A stretch of 64,000 nucleotides of DNA. Origin: Candidatus Eiseniibacteriota bacterium (GTDB lineage Bacteria; Eisenbacteria; RBG-16-71-46). Positions 19,542-27,900 of the stretch are shown here, one piece after another. The notes under the pieces are model-generated. The model was not told the origin of the DNA, did no database searches, and was given only the letters and a program-made list of their open reading frames with translations. The position numbers and the translations under genes are program-made. The stretch lies in the NCBI GenBank assembly GCA_963744995.1, contig CAVUWA010000010.1:32001-96000 (forward strand), read 5' to 3'. How positions within the stretch are numbered: position 1 is the stretch's first letter; each line of letters opens with the position of its first letter.

Positions 19542-19970
19542 TCAGCCGATCTCGACCAGCTCGACTTCGAACGTGAGCGGTTGTCCGGCGAGCGGGTGGT
19601 TGGCGTCGATCGTCACGCCTTCCTCGCTGACCTCGGTCACCGTGATGCGCAGCGACTGGCCGTCCTGACGTTCCATCATCAACTGCTGACCGACTTCGGG
19701 CTTGAGCTCCGGGGGAAAGTGCTCGTGCGAGACCTGCATGACCATCTCCTGATGCCGCGGCCCGTAGGCGTCTTCCACCGGAATCTCGCCGCTGCGCGAC
19801 TCGCCGACCGCCATTCCGCGCACCAGCCGTTCGAAGCCCGGGATGATCTCACCGGCCCCCATCTTGAACTCCAGCGGGGCCCGGTCGAGGGAGCTGTCGA
19901 AGACGCTGCCGTCCTTCAATTTGCCCGTGTAGTGCACTTTGACGGTATCGCCGTCTTTCGCCTGCGCCAT
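19542..19970 (-). CDS. slyD: FKBP-type peptidyl-prolyl isomerase (SlyD/SlpA-like, no His-rich tail)
   Basis: VKVHYTGKLKDGSVFDSS, IIPGFE, AYG, DANHPLAGQPLTFEVEL. Confidence 0.85.
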   Translation of the reverse strand: MAQAKDGDTVKVHYTGKLKDGSVFDSSLDRAPLEFKMGAGEIIPGFERLVRGMAVGESRSGEIPVEDAYGPRHQEMVMQVSHEHFPPELKPEVGQQLMMERQDGQSLRITVTEVSEEGVTIDANHPLAGQPLTFEVELVEIG

Positions 19971-20115
19971 CGAAATCGCCTCCTGGAAACATGATCCGTG
20001 CGCCGCACGACGGGCGCGGCGCGCTGCTCCCCCATATGCCCATACCCGCCCGCCGCCTGCAACCCCGGATGGAAGGAATTGTCAGCGCGCGGGGTTGCCC
20101 CTATCGTGGCGCGCC

Positions 20116-20523
20116 ATGGAGCGCCGCAGATTCCCACGGGACGTGGCCGCCCTCGCGCGGATCCACGAATGGACGGTGGAATTCCTTGGCGGACAGGGGC
20201 TCGACGCGGACAGTGCGTTCGAGATCGATCTGCTCATCGAGGAGCTGTTCACCAACATGGTGAAATACAACCGCGGCGGCTCCGAGGACATCGAGATCGG
20301 GCTCTCGGCCACGGGGCCGGTGGTGACGATCCTGGTCCGCGACTTCGACGTCGAGTCGTTCGACGTCACTCAGGCTCCCGAGGTCGACCCCGACATGCCG
20401 ATGGAGCAACGCCGGCGCGGCGGACTCGGCCTCCATTTCGTCCGCCAGATGGCGGACACCATCCGGTACGACTACACGGACCGCAACAGCACCGTGACGG
20501 TCACCAAACGACTGGAGTCGTGA
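20116..20523 (+). CDS. RsbW-like anti-sigma factor / Ser kinase (HATPase_c)
   Basis: IEELFTNMVKY, RRGGLGLHFVRQMAD…Y…N…TVTK. Confidence 0.85.
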   Translation: MERRRFPRDVAALARIHEWTVEFLGGQGLDADSAFEIDLLIEELFTNMVKYNRGGSEDIEIGLSATGPVVTILVRDFDVESFDVTQAPEVDPDMPMEQRRRGGLGLHFVRQMADTIRYDYTDRNSTVTVTKRLES

Positions 20524-20807
20524 TGTTCGAGATCGAAATCGGCGACCAGGGACACATTCTGCTGCGGGGGCGCCTCGACGCCTCCGAGGCGGAGAAGGCG
20601 ATCGGGATCCTGCGGGGGATGCCCGGGCCGATCATCGCCGACTGCTCGGGACTGGAGTACATCTCGAGCGCCGGGATCGGCGTGCTGGTAGAGACCCACA
20701 AGCGGCTGCTGGACTCCGGTCAGGCGCTGAAGCTCACGAATCTGACGCCCCGGGTCCGTAACGTGTTCACCTATGCCGGATTGCATAAGTTTTTGGTGAT
20801 CGAATAA
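20523..20807 (+). CDS. STAS anti-anti-sigma factor
   Basis: GRLDAS, DCSGLEYISSAGIG (phospho-Ser motif), VRNVFTYAGL; TGATG coupling to the upstream gene. Confidence 0.88.
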   Translation: MFEIEIGDQGHILLRGRLDASEAEKAIGILRGMPGPIIADCSGLEYISSAGIGVLVETHKRLLDSGQALKLTNLTPRVRNVFTYAGLHKFLVIE

Positions 20808-21000
20808 GCCTCCGTTTCCCGCCCGGCTCTACTTTCGGTTGTGCCCTCCACCGCTTCCGGCGGTATGGTGATGGACCCCGGCCGCCGCACCCAGATCTCC
20901 CTGCCCATCCCACGCGAAGGTCTTCGCGCATGGCGGCTTGCCATGCCGTGACGACTCGACCGCACTTTGCGACCAACTTTTGAGGCTGGTCCCTGTACGT

Positions 21001-21546
21001 ATGGATGAGAGGCAAGAGATCCAGTTGATCGAGCAGGCCCAGCGCGGCGACGCGCGGGCCTTCGGGAAGCTGGCCCTGGAATACCAGCGGGTGCTGTTCA
21101 ACCTCGCGCTGCGGATGACGCGCAACCGCGAGGACGCCCGCGACCTGACCCAGGCGGTCTTCCTCAAGGCGTACCGCGGTCTCGGCGGGTTCGATTCCCG
21201 GCGGCGCCTGTACAGCTGGCTCTACCGGATCATGCTGAACGAGGGACTGAACTTGCTGAATGCGCGGCGCGTCCAGGAACCGATCTCCGATCAAATGGCC
21301 GCCCGCGATGCCGCACCGGAGGACGCCTACGAAAGCAGGGCGCTCGAGCAGACGGTCGACGCGGCGCTATTGGAACTGAACGTGGAGCAGCGACAGGTGA
21401 TCATTCTCAGACACTTCCTGCATCTGTCCTACGAGGAGATGGGCGACGTGCTGGAGATCCCAGCCAGGACCGTGAAATCGCGCCTGTTCACCGCGCGGCA
21501 GTCGCTCGCCCCGATCCTCGAACGACTGGGAGCTTCCCCGGCATGA
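21001..21546 (+). CDS. ECF RNA polymerase sigma factor
   Basis: AQRGDARAFGKL, DARDLTQAVFLKAY, SWLYRI, LSYEEMGDVLEIPARTVKSRLFTAR. Confidence 0.92.
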   Translation: MDERQEIQLIEQAQRGDARAFGKLALEYQRVLFNLALRMTRNREDARDLTQAVFLKAYRGLGGFDSRRRLYSWLYRIMLNEGLNLLNARRVQEPISDQMAARDAAPEDAYESRALEQTVDAALLELNVEQRQVIILRHFLHLSYEEMGDVLEIPARTVKSRLFTARQSLAPILERLGASPA

Positions 21547-22313
21547 CCCATGGGTCGATCGATCAGCTCATGCACGACGTGCTCGACGGCGTCGCCGACA
21601 CCGACACCCGCGCCCGTCTTGAAGCGGAGCTCGCCGCCGATCCGGCGCTGCGCGAGCGGTTCGAGACGTTGAAGCGGATGTTCGAGACGCTGGAGCGCAT
21701 CCCGATGCACGAGGCACCCGCCGATCTGCACGAGGGCCTCATGCACCGCATCGCCGCCGCAACGGATCGTCCGCGTGTCCGGGCATGGCTGGGGGCGTTC
21801 GCGGACATGTTCCGCTCCCGCCCGGTGCCCGCGTTCGCGATGTCCGTGGTAACGATCGCCGCGCTGGCGCTGGTGCTGTGGACCGGCATCCAGCAGCACG
21901 CTCCGGTGATGCCCGATGCGACGCTGCCGGTGACCGGCACGATGGCGCCGGTGGCGCCGGCGCGCGAAGCCCTGCTCGAGAGCGGCGACACCCGCATCAC
22001 GGTGCGGACGGCACGCGACGCCGGCGCCCTGACGGTACGGATCGAAGGTGCGGCCCCCTCGGGCGCATCGCTCGATGTCGGCGCCGGCGCGAATGCGGTT
22101 CCGACCCCCGTGCTCGAGGGCCGCGGCGCCGAACTCGCTACGGCGGGCGTCGAGGCCGGACAGACCGGGATCCGTCTCACCGGCGGCGTCGACGCGTCGC
22201 TCATCTTTGCCGGCTGGCCCGCGGCGGCCGGCACGATCGAAGTCAGGCTCACGACCGCCGCAGGCGCCGTGAACCGCACGTTGACGACGGGACCTGGACG
22301 CAACGGTCCCTGA
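21543..22313 (+). CDS. Membrane-bound anti-sigma factor (non-Zn ASD, 1 TM, extracytoplasmic C-terminus)
   Basis: ATGA overlap with the sigma gene; N-terminal ASD-like helices (LMHDVLDG…RLEAELAADPALRERF); TM PAFAMSVVTIAALALVLW. Confidence 0.8.
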   Translation: MTHGSIDQLMHDVLDGVADTDTRARLEAELAADPALRERFETLKRMFETLERIPMHEAPADLHEGLMHRIAAATDRPRVRAWLGAFADMFRSRPVPAFAMSVVTIAALALVLWTGIQQHAPVMPDATLPVTGTMAPVAPAREALLESGDTRITVRTARDAGALTVRIEGAAPSGASLDVGAGANAVPTPVLEGRGAELATAGVEAGQTGIRLTGGVDASLIFAGWPAAAGTIEVRLTTAAGAVNRTLTTGPGRNGP

Positions 22314-22423
22314 ACGAGCCACCCCGCGCCGGATCGAGCCACACCGGCGCAAACCACAGTTCCTGGCAGCACGCAGTCCCCAGAACCGGCGCACCGGGCA
22401 CCGGCCGCCACAGGAGGTCCAAG

Positions 22424-23752
22424 ATGAACAAGCGTCTCATCGTCACCCTGGGTACGCTCGTCGTCGCAGCAGGCATCGGCTTTATCGCGCTCCGGGGCTA
22501 TCCGCCCCAGAAGGGCGTCGAGGGCGCGATCGGCGCCGCGGATCGTTACTCGGCGAATCAGATCACGAGCAGCGACGTGACGCTCGAAGACGCGGACATC
22601 CAGGCGTTCGTGCAGAGCGACCTGTTCCACCAGATGCAGACGGATGCTTCGTTCCGCAAGCTCGTCACCGACCCGGCGTTCTCGAAGCTGGCCGCCGATC
22701 CGGGCTTCTCGAAGCTCGCCGCCGATCCCAACTTCATGAAGATGACCTCGGACCCCGGCTTCGCGAAGCTCGCCGCCGACCCGAACTTCATGAAGCTGGC
22801 CGCCGGCTACGCGCGCCTCACGAACGACCCCAGCTACGCGAAGCTCGCCGCCGACCCCGGGTACATGAAGCTCACGGCGGACCCGAATTACGCGAAGCTG
22901 GCCGCGGATCCCAACTTCTCGAAGCTCGCCGCGGATCCCGGTTACATGAAGCTCGCCGCCGATCCCGGCTTCTCGAAGCTCGCCGTCGATCCCAACTACA
23001 TGAAGCTCGCCGCGGACCCGGGCTACATGAAACTGGCCGCGGACCCGGGTTACATGAAGCTGGCGGCGGATCCGAACTTCATGAAGCTCGCCGCCGACCC
23101 CGGCTTCGCGAAGCTCGCCGCCGATCCCAACTTCTCGAAGCTGGTCGCCGGCCCGAATTTCTCGAAGCTCGCCGCCGACCCGAACTACGCCAAGCTCGCC
23201 GCCGACCCGGCGTTCTCGAAGCTGGCCGCCGATCCGAACTTCTCGAAGCTCGCGGCGGATCCCGGTTTCGCGAAGCTCGTCGCCGATCCCGCCTTCTCGA
23301 AGCTGGCGGCGGACCCGAACTTCATGAAGCTCGCCGCCGATCCGGGTTACATGAAGCTGGCCGCCGATCCGGGTTACGCGAAGCTCGCGGCTGATCCCGG
23401 CTATGCGAAGCTGGCGGCGGATCCGAATTTCATGAAGCTCGCCGCCGACCCCGGCTTCTCGAAGCTGGCCGCCGATCCGAACTTCATGAAGCTGACCGCC
23501 GATCCCGGCTTCTCGAAGATCGCGGCCGATCCGAACTACATGAAGCTGGCCGCCGATCCGAACTTCATGAAGCTCGCCGCCGACCCCGGCTTCTCGAAGC
23601 TCGCGGCCGACCCGAACTACATGAAGCTGGCCGCCGACCCGAACTTCATGAAGCTCGCCGCCGACCCGAACTTCTCGAAGCTCGCGGCCGACCCGGCGTT
23701 CTCGAAGCTCGCCGCGGCCGACGGCCTGGCGCACGCCGTCCTCAACCCGTAA
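22424..23752 (+). CDS. N-terminally anchored/secreted protein with about 39 tandem 9-aa KLAADP[GNA][FY][SMA] repeats
   Basis: AGGAGG RBS; MNKR followed by a hydrophobic segment; about 55-aa unique linker; repeats run to the C-terminus; terminator follows. Confidence 0.88.
   Translation: MNKRLIVTLGTLVVAAGIGFIALRGYPPQKGVEGAIGAADRYSANQITSSDVTLEDADIQAFVQSDLFHQMQTDASFRKLVTDPAFSKLAADPGFSKLAADPNFMKMTSDPGFAKLAADPNFMKLAAGYARLTNDPSYAKLAADPGYMKLTADPNYAKLAADPNFSKLAADPGYMKLAADPGFSKLAVDPNYMKLAADPGYMKLAADPGYMKLAADPNFMKLAADPGFAKLAADPNFSKLVAGPNFSKLAADPNYAKLAADPAFSKLAADPNFSKLAADPGFAKLVADPAFSKLAADPNFMKLAADPGYMKLAADPGYAKLAADPGYAKLAADPNFMKLAADPGFSKLAADPNFMKLTADPGFSKIAADPNYMKLAADPNFMKLAADPGFSKLAADPNYMKLAADPNFMKLAADPNFSKLAADPAFSKLAAADGLAHAVLNP
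22658..23704 (+). repeat. Coding tandem repeat, 27-bp unit x about 39 (one 21-bp unit)
   Basis: Consensus AAG CTS GCS GCS GAY CCS (GGY/AAY/GCS) TWC (TCG/ATG/GCG), counted manually, with synonymous variation between units. Confidence 0.95.
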
Positions 23753-23768
23753 AAACACCGGTTCTCCG

Positions 23769-23805
23769 ACCGCCCCGGCCTCCGTTCGAGGCCGGGGCGG
23801 TTTTC
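23769..23805 (+). terminator. Intrinsic terminator hairpin
   Basis: 14-bp perfect stem ACCGCCCCGGCCTC / GAGGCCGGGGCGGT with a 5-nt loop and a short T tract, 17 bp after the repeat-gene stop. Confidence 0.75.
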
Positions 23806-23893
23806 GTTGCGGCGCCTCGAAGGGACTTCGCTATGATGCGGAGTCGCTTCGTCGCTGTAGAGCCTCACGATCCTTCCCGGAGGTGTCCCGCCC

Positions 23894-26887
23894 GTGACCT
23901 GCTCCACCGTGGCGCGCCGGCTGGCCAGCGGTCTCCTGCCGGCCCTGCTGGTGCTCGTGTGCATGGCGGGCCCCGCCCGCGCGCGCGCGGAGTTCCAGCA
24001 GATGGAAACCCGCGACATGCGGCTCTTCTACATCGGGCCGACGCAGGGGTTTCTCGCCCCCTACACGGCGCAGTGCTTCGAGCGCTCGATGCGCTTCTAT
24101 CGCGAGCAGTTCGACTTCACGCCCTCCGAACCGGTCAACGTGATCCTCACCGACGCCTCGGACTTCATGAACGCCTCGGTCGGCGTCACGCCGCGCGACC
24201 GCATGCTGGTCTACTTCGCGCCGGCCAACTTCGTCTACGAGACGAACCCCGCGAACGAGCGCATCAACTTCCTGATGAACCACGAGATGGCGCACGTGGT
24301 GACGCTCGACCGGCCGGCCGGATCGGACCGGCTGTTCCGCACGCTGTTCCACGGCAAGGTGGACGCCACCGACGCCCACCCCGAGACGATGGTGTACGGC
24401 TACCTCACCAATCCGCGCCGCGCGGCCTCGCGCTGGTACTGGGAAGGGCTGGCGGTGTTCATGGAGACGTGGATGTCCGGCGGCCTCGGCCGCGCCCAGG
24501 GCCCGTGGGACGAGATGGTGTTCCGCGCCATGGTGCAGGACAGCGCGCGCTTCTGGGACCCGCTCGGCCTCGAGTCCGAGGGGGTGAAGACCGACTTCCA
24601 GGCCAGCGTGAACTCGTACCTCTACGGCACGCGTTTCATCTGCTGGTGCGCCTGGACGTATGGCCCCAAACCCGTCAAGCAGTGGCTCGCGCGCCGGCCC
24701 GGCAGCCGCGCGTACTTCGCCTCCGACTTCGAGCGCCTGTTCCACAAGTCGCTCAACGACGCGTGGAGCGACTGGATCGCGTGGGAGCACGACTTCCAGC
24801 GCAGGAACCTCGAGGCGATCCACCAGTATCCGGTGACGACCGGCCGCGACCTGTCGCCGCGCGCGCTGGGCTCGGTGTCGCGCGCCTACGTGGATTCGGC
24901 CTCGCACGCGCTGATCGCCGCCGTGCTCTACCCGGGCGCCGTGGCGCACATCGCCTCGATCTCGCTCGACGACGGCTCGACGCGGCGCCTGCGCGAGGTG
25001 AAGGGCCCGGCGCTCTACTTCGTGAGCTCGCTGGCCTTCGATCCGGCCACGCGCCGGATCTTCTACACGACCGACAACGACTCGTGGCGCGACCTGGCGA
25101 GCTACGACCTCGCCACCGGGAAATCGAAGCGGCTGATTCGTGACGCGCGCGTCGGCGACCTGGTGTTCAACCGTGCCGACCGCTCGCTGCTCGGCGTGCG
25201 GCATTTCAACGGCATCTCGGCGGTCGTGCGGATCGACGAGCCGTGGACCAACTGGACGCTGCTCGCGGCGTTCCCCTACGGCACCGACGTCTACGATCTC
25301 GACGTCTCCCCCGACGGCCACACGCTGTCGGCATCGGTCGCCGAGATCAGCGGCCGGCAGACGCTGCGGCTCTACGACCTGACCTCGCTCGCCAGGGGCG
25401 ACACGACGTCGCGGACGCTGTACGACTTCGGCAGCTCGATCCCGCAGGCGTTCCAGTTCTCGCCCGACGGCCGCTACCTGTTCGGCAGCTCGTACTACAC
25501 CGGCGTCTCCAACATCTTCCGCTACGACCTCCAGGCCGACTCGATGGACGTCGTCACCAACGCCTCGACCGGCTACTTCCGGCCGATCCCGCTCGGCGGC
25601 GACTCGCTGATCGCGTTCCGTTACACCGGCGCAGGCTTCGTGCCGGCGATGCTGCACGCGCACCCGCTCACCGACGTCAGCGCGATCACGTTCTTCGGCG
25701 CGCAGATCGTGCGGAAGTACCCCGAGCTGCGCGGCTGGCGCGTGCCGCCGCCTTCTGTGGTGAAGCTGGATTCGGTGGTGCTCGCCAGGGGCCCCTACCA
25801 CCCGCTCGCAAGCGTGCGGCCGACCACCGTGTACCCGATCGTCGAGGCCTACAAGAACCGCACCGGACCGGGCCTGCAGCTCAACATCTCGGATCCGATC
25901 TTCCGCCACAGCGCCGACGTGTCGGTGAGCGTGACGCCCGACGACCACCTGCCGGCCGATGAGCGCGTGCACGTGACCGGCTCGTACCGCTACTACGAAT
26001 GGACGCTCAAGGGCCGCTACAACCCCGCTTCGTTCTACGACCTGTTCGGACCGACCAAGACCAGCCGCAAGGGCGTGAACGGCAGCCTGCGCTACGACCG
26101 CACGCTGATCCGCGACGCGCCGCGTACGCTCGACCTGTCCACCGGCATGGACGGCTGGACCGGACTCGAGCGGCTGCCCGACTACCAGAACGTCGCGACC
26201 TCGCCCGGCTTCGACAAGCTGCTGTCGTGGGACGCGTCGCTCGCGTTCAAGAACCTGCGCTCCTCGATCGGCGCTTCCGACTGGGAGAAGGGCGTCAAGG
26301 CCGGCTTGGAAGGCGGCGTCAACGGGGTGCGTTTCGTGCGCGCCGGACATGCCGCGTGGCGCGGCTACCCGTGGGCCGCGGCGACGTTCGATGCCGGCAC
26401 GCCGACGCCCGTGCGCAACGCGTCGATCTGGCTGCGCACCGCCGCCGGCGGCTCGCCGGGCGATCCGGCGGAGCCGTTCGCCAACTTCTATTTCGGTGGC
26501 TTCGGCAACAACTGGATCGACCACCAGGACCCAAAACGCTACCGGCAGTACACGAGCTTCCCTGGCGTCGGCCTCAATGAAGTCGGCGGCACCACGTTCG
26601 GCCGCGCGATGCTCGACCTGAACCTGCCCGCGCTGCGCTTCAGCCGCCTCGGCGCGATGCGTCTGTACGCGAGCTGGGCGCGCCTCTCGGTGTTCGGCGG
26701 CGCACTGGTCGCGAATCCCGACCGGGTCGAGCTCCGGCGTACGCTCGGCAACGTCGGCGCCCAGGCCGACATCCGCCTGCAGTTCCTCATCCACCAGCCG
26801 CTCACCCTGTCCTTCGGGTGGGCGCACGCGTTCGAGAAGCACCTCACGCACGACGACGAGTGGATGGCGTCGCTGAAGATCCTGTGA
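23894..26887 (+). CDS. Secreted/outer-membrane protein: gluzincin (MA-like) peptidase domain + TolB/PD40-like beta-propeller + probable beta-barrel
   Basis: Signal peptide ending ARA; NHEMAHV…WYWEGLAVFME; propeller repeats (LAFDP, LVFNR, LDVSPDG, FQFSPDGRYL, GVSNIFRYDL); alternating amphipathic C-terminal strands. Confidence 0.75.
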   Translation: MTCSTVARRLASGLLPALLVLVCMAGPARARAEFQQMETRDMRLFYIGPTQGFLAPYTAQCFERSMRFYREQFDFTPSEPVNVILTDASDFMNASVGVTPRDRMLVYFAPANFVYETNPANERINFLMNHEMAHVVTLDRPAGSDRLFRTLFHGKVDATDAHPETMVYGYLTNPRRAASRWYWEGLAVFMETWMSGGLGRAQGPWDEMVFRAMVQDSARFWDPLGLESEGVKTDFQASVNSYLYGTRFICWCAWTYGPKPVKQWLARRPGSRAYFASDFERLFHKSLNDAWSDWIAWEHDFQRRNLEAIHQYPVTTGRDLSPRALGSVSRAYVDSASHALIAAVLYPGAVAHIASISLDDGSTRRLREVKGPALYFVSSLAFDPATRRIFYTTDNDSWRDLASYDLATGKSKRLIRDARVGDLVFNRADRSLLGVRHFNGISAVVRIDEPWTNWTLLAAFPYGTDVYDLDVSPDGHTLSASVAEISGRQTLRLYDLTSLARGDTTSRTLYDFGSSIPQAFQFSPDGRYLFGSSYYTGVSNIFRYDLQADSMDVVTNASTGYFRPIPLGGDSLIAFRYTGAGFVPAMLHAHPLTDVSAITFFGAQIVRKYPELRGWRVPPPSVVKLDSVVLARGPYHPLASVRPTTVYPIVEAYKNRTGPGLQLNISDPIFRHSADVSVSVTPDDHLPADERVHVTGSYRYYEWTLKGRYNPASFYDLFGPTKTSRKGVNGSLRYDRTLIRDAPRTLDLSTGMDGWTGLERLPDYQNVATSPGFDKLLSWDASLAFKNLRSSIGASDWEKGVKAGLEGGVNGVRFVRAGHAAWRGYPWAAATFDAGTPTPVRNASIWLRTAAGGSPGDPAEPFANFYFGGFGNNWIDHQDPKRYRQYTSFPGVGLNEVGGTTFGRAMLDLNLPALRFSRLGAMRLYASWARLSVFGGALVANPDRVELRRTLGNVGAQADIRLQFLIHQPLTLSFGWAHAFEKHLTHDDEWMASLKIL

Positions 26888-27900
26888 GCCTCGGCCCCAC
26901 ACTGCTGCTGGGCTTCGTCCCGGTGCTGCTGTTCCTCGCCGGGCTGCTGTTCATGGACAGCTACAAGCTGGTGCGCCGCCACGAGGTGTTCCTCTCGCTG
27001 TGCGGCGGCGCCCTCGCGGCCATCCTGTCGCTCGCCGCCAACGTCGGCATCGTACAGTTCGGCGGCCTCGACCCCGAGCTGCTGCGCCGCTACGTCGCGC
27101 CGCTGGTGGAAGAGCTGCTGAAGGCGGCGATCGTCGTGTACCTGATCCGCCAGGAGAAGGTCGGCTTCATGGTGGACGCCGGCATCCACGGCTTCGCCCT
27201 CGGCACCGGCTTCGCGCTGATCGAGAACTTCTACTACGCGCTCTCGCTGGGCGCCGCCGATCCGCTGGTGTGGGTCGTGCGCGGCCTCGGCACGGCGGTC
27301 ATGCACGGCTCGGTCACCGCGATCGTCGGCATCGTGTCGAAGGACCTCACCGACCGCCACGAGTCGTTGAGCCTGCGCTGGTTCCTGCCGGGGTTCGCGA
27401 TCGCGTACCTCGTGCACGCGGCATACAACCACCTGCTGCTGAACCCGCTCTATTCGACCGCGATCCTGCTCGCGGTGATGCCGTCGCTGCTGCTGCTGGT
27501 GTTCGCGCGCAGCGAGAAGGCGACCCAGGACTGGCTCGGCACCGGCCTCGACAGCGACGTCGAGCTGCTCGAGGACATCCTGTCGGGCGAGGTCGTGCAC
27601 TCACGCGTCGGCGAGTACCTGAACGAGCTGCGCGAGCGCTTTTCGGGGCCGGTCGTCGCCGACATGCTGTGCCTGCTGCAGATCCACGTCGAGCTGTCGC
27701 TGCGCGCCAAAGGCATGCTGATCGCGCGCGCCGCGGGCGTCGAGCTCGAGGTCGACGAGGAGATCCGCGCCAACTTCGCCGAGATGAAGTACCTGGAGAA
27801 GGCGATCGGCGAGGTCGGCATGCTGGCGATCATGCCGCTGCGCCGCACAGGCAGCAGGGATCTCTGGCAGCTGACCATGCTGGAGAAGGGCGGGAAGTAG
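26884..27900 (+). CDS. prsW: PrsW-family intramembrane glutamic/metalloprotease
   Basis: APLVEELLK, DAGIHGFALGTGFALIENFYY, R…MHG, HAAYN motifs; GTGA overlap with the upstream gene. Confidence 0.88.
   Translation: MSLGPTLLLGFVPVLLFLAGLLFMDSYKLVRRHEVFLSLCGGALAAILSLAANVGIVQFGGLDPELLRRYVAPLVEELLKAAIVVYLIRQEKVGFMVDAGIHGFALGTGFALIENFYYALSLGAADPLVWVVRGLGTAVMHGSVTAIVGIVSKDLTDRHESLSLRWFLPGFAIAYLVHAAYNHLLLNPLYSTAILLAVMPSLLLLVFARSEKATQDWLGTGLDSDVELLEDILSGEVVHSRVGEYLNELRERFSGPVVADMLCLLQIHVELSLRAKGMLIARAAGVELEVDEEIRANFAEMKYLEKAIGEVGMLAIMPLRRTGSRDLWQLTMLEKGGK
27057..27602 (+). repeat. About 545-bp segment of prsW duplicated at 31598-32140
   Basis: Direct comparison shows near identity with scattered substitutions and small indels. 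Confidence 0.9.

Noticed and set aside
22658..23704. CRISPR array or non-coding repeat
   Set aside because: The units are contiguous with no unique spacers, have length 27 (a multiple of 3), vary synonymously and lie within an ORF with RBS and signal/TM. No cas genes are present.
21563..23758. 731-aa antisense ORF with GGELREV repeats
   Set aside because: Shadow of the repeat gene: the opposite frame lacks stops because of codon bias, while the + strand has the RBS, signal sequence and terminator.
23831..26902. 1023-aa minus-strand ORF
   Set aside because: Antisense shadow of the peptidase/barrel gene with no motifs.
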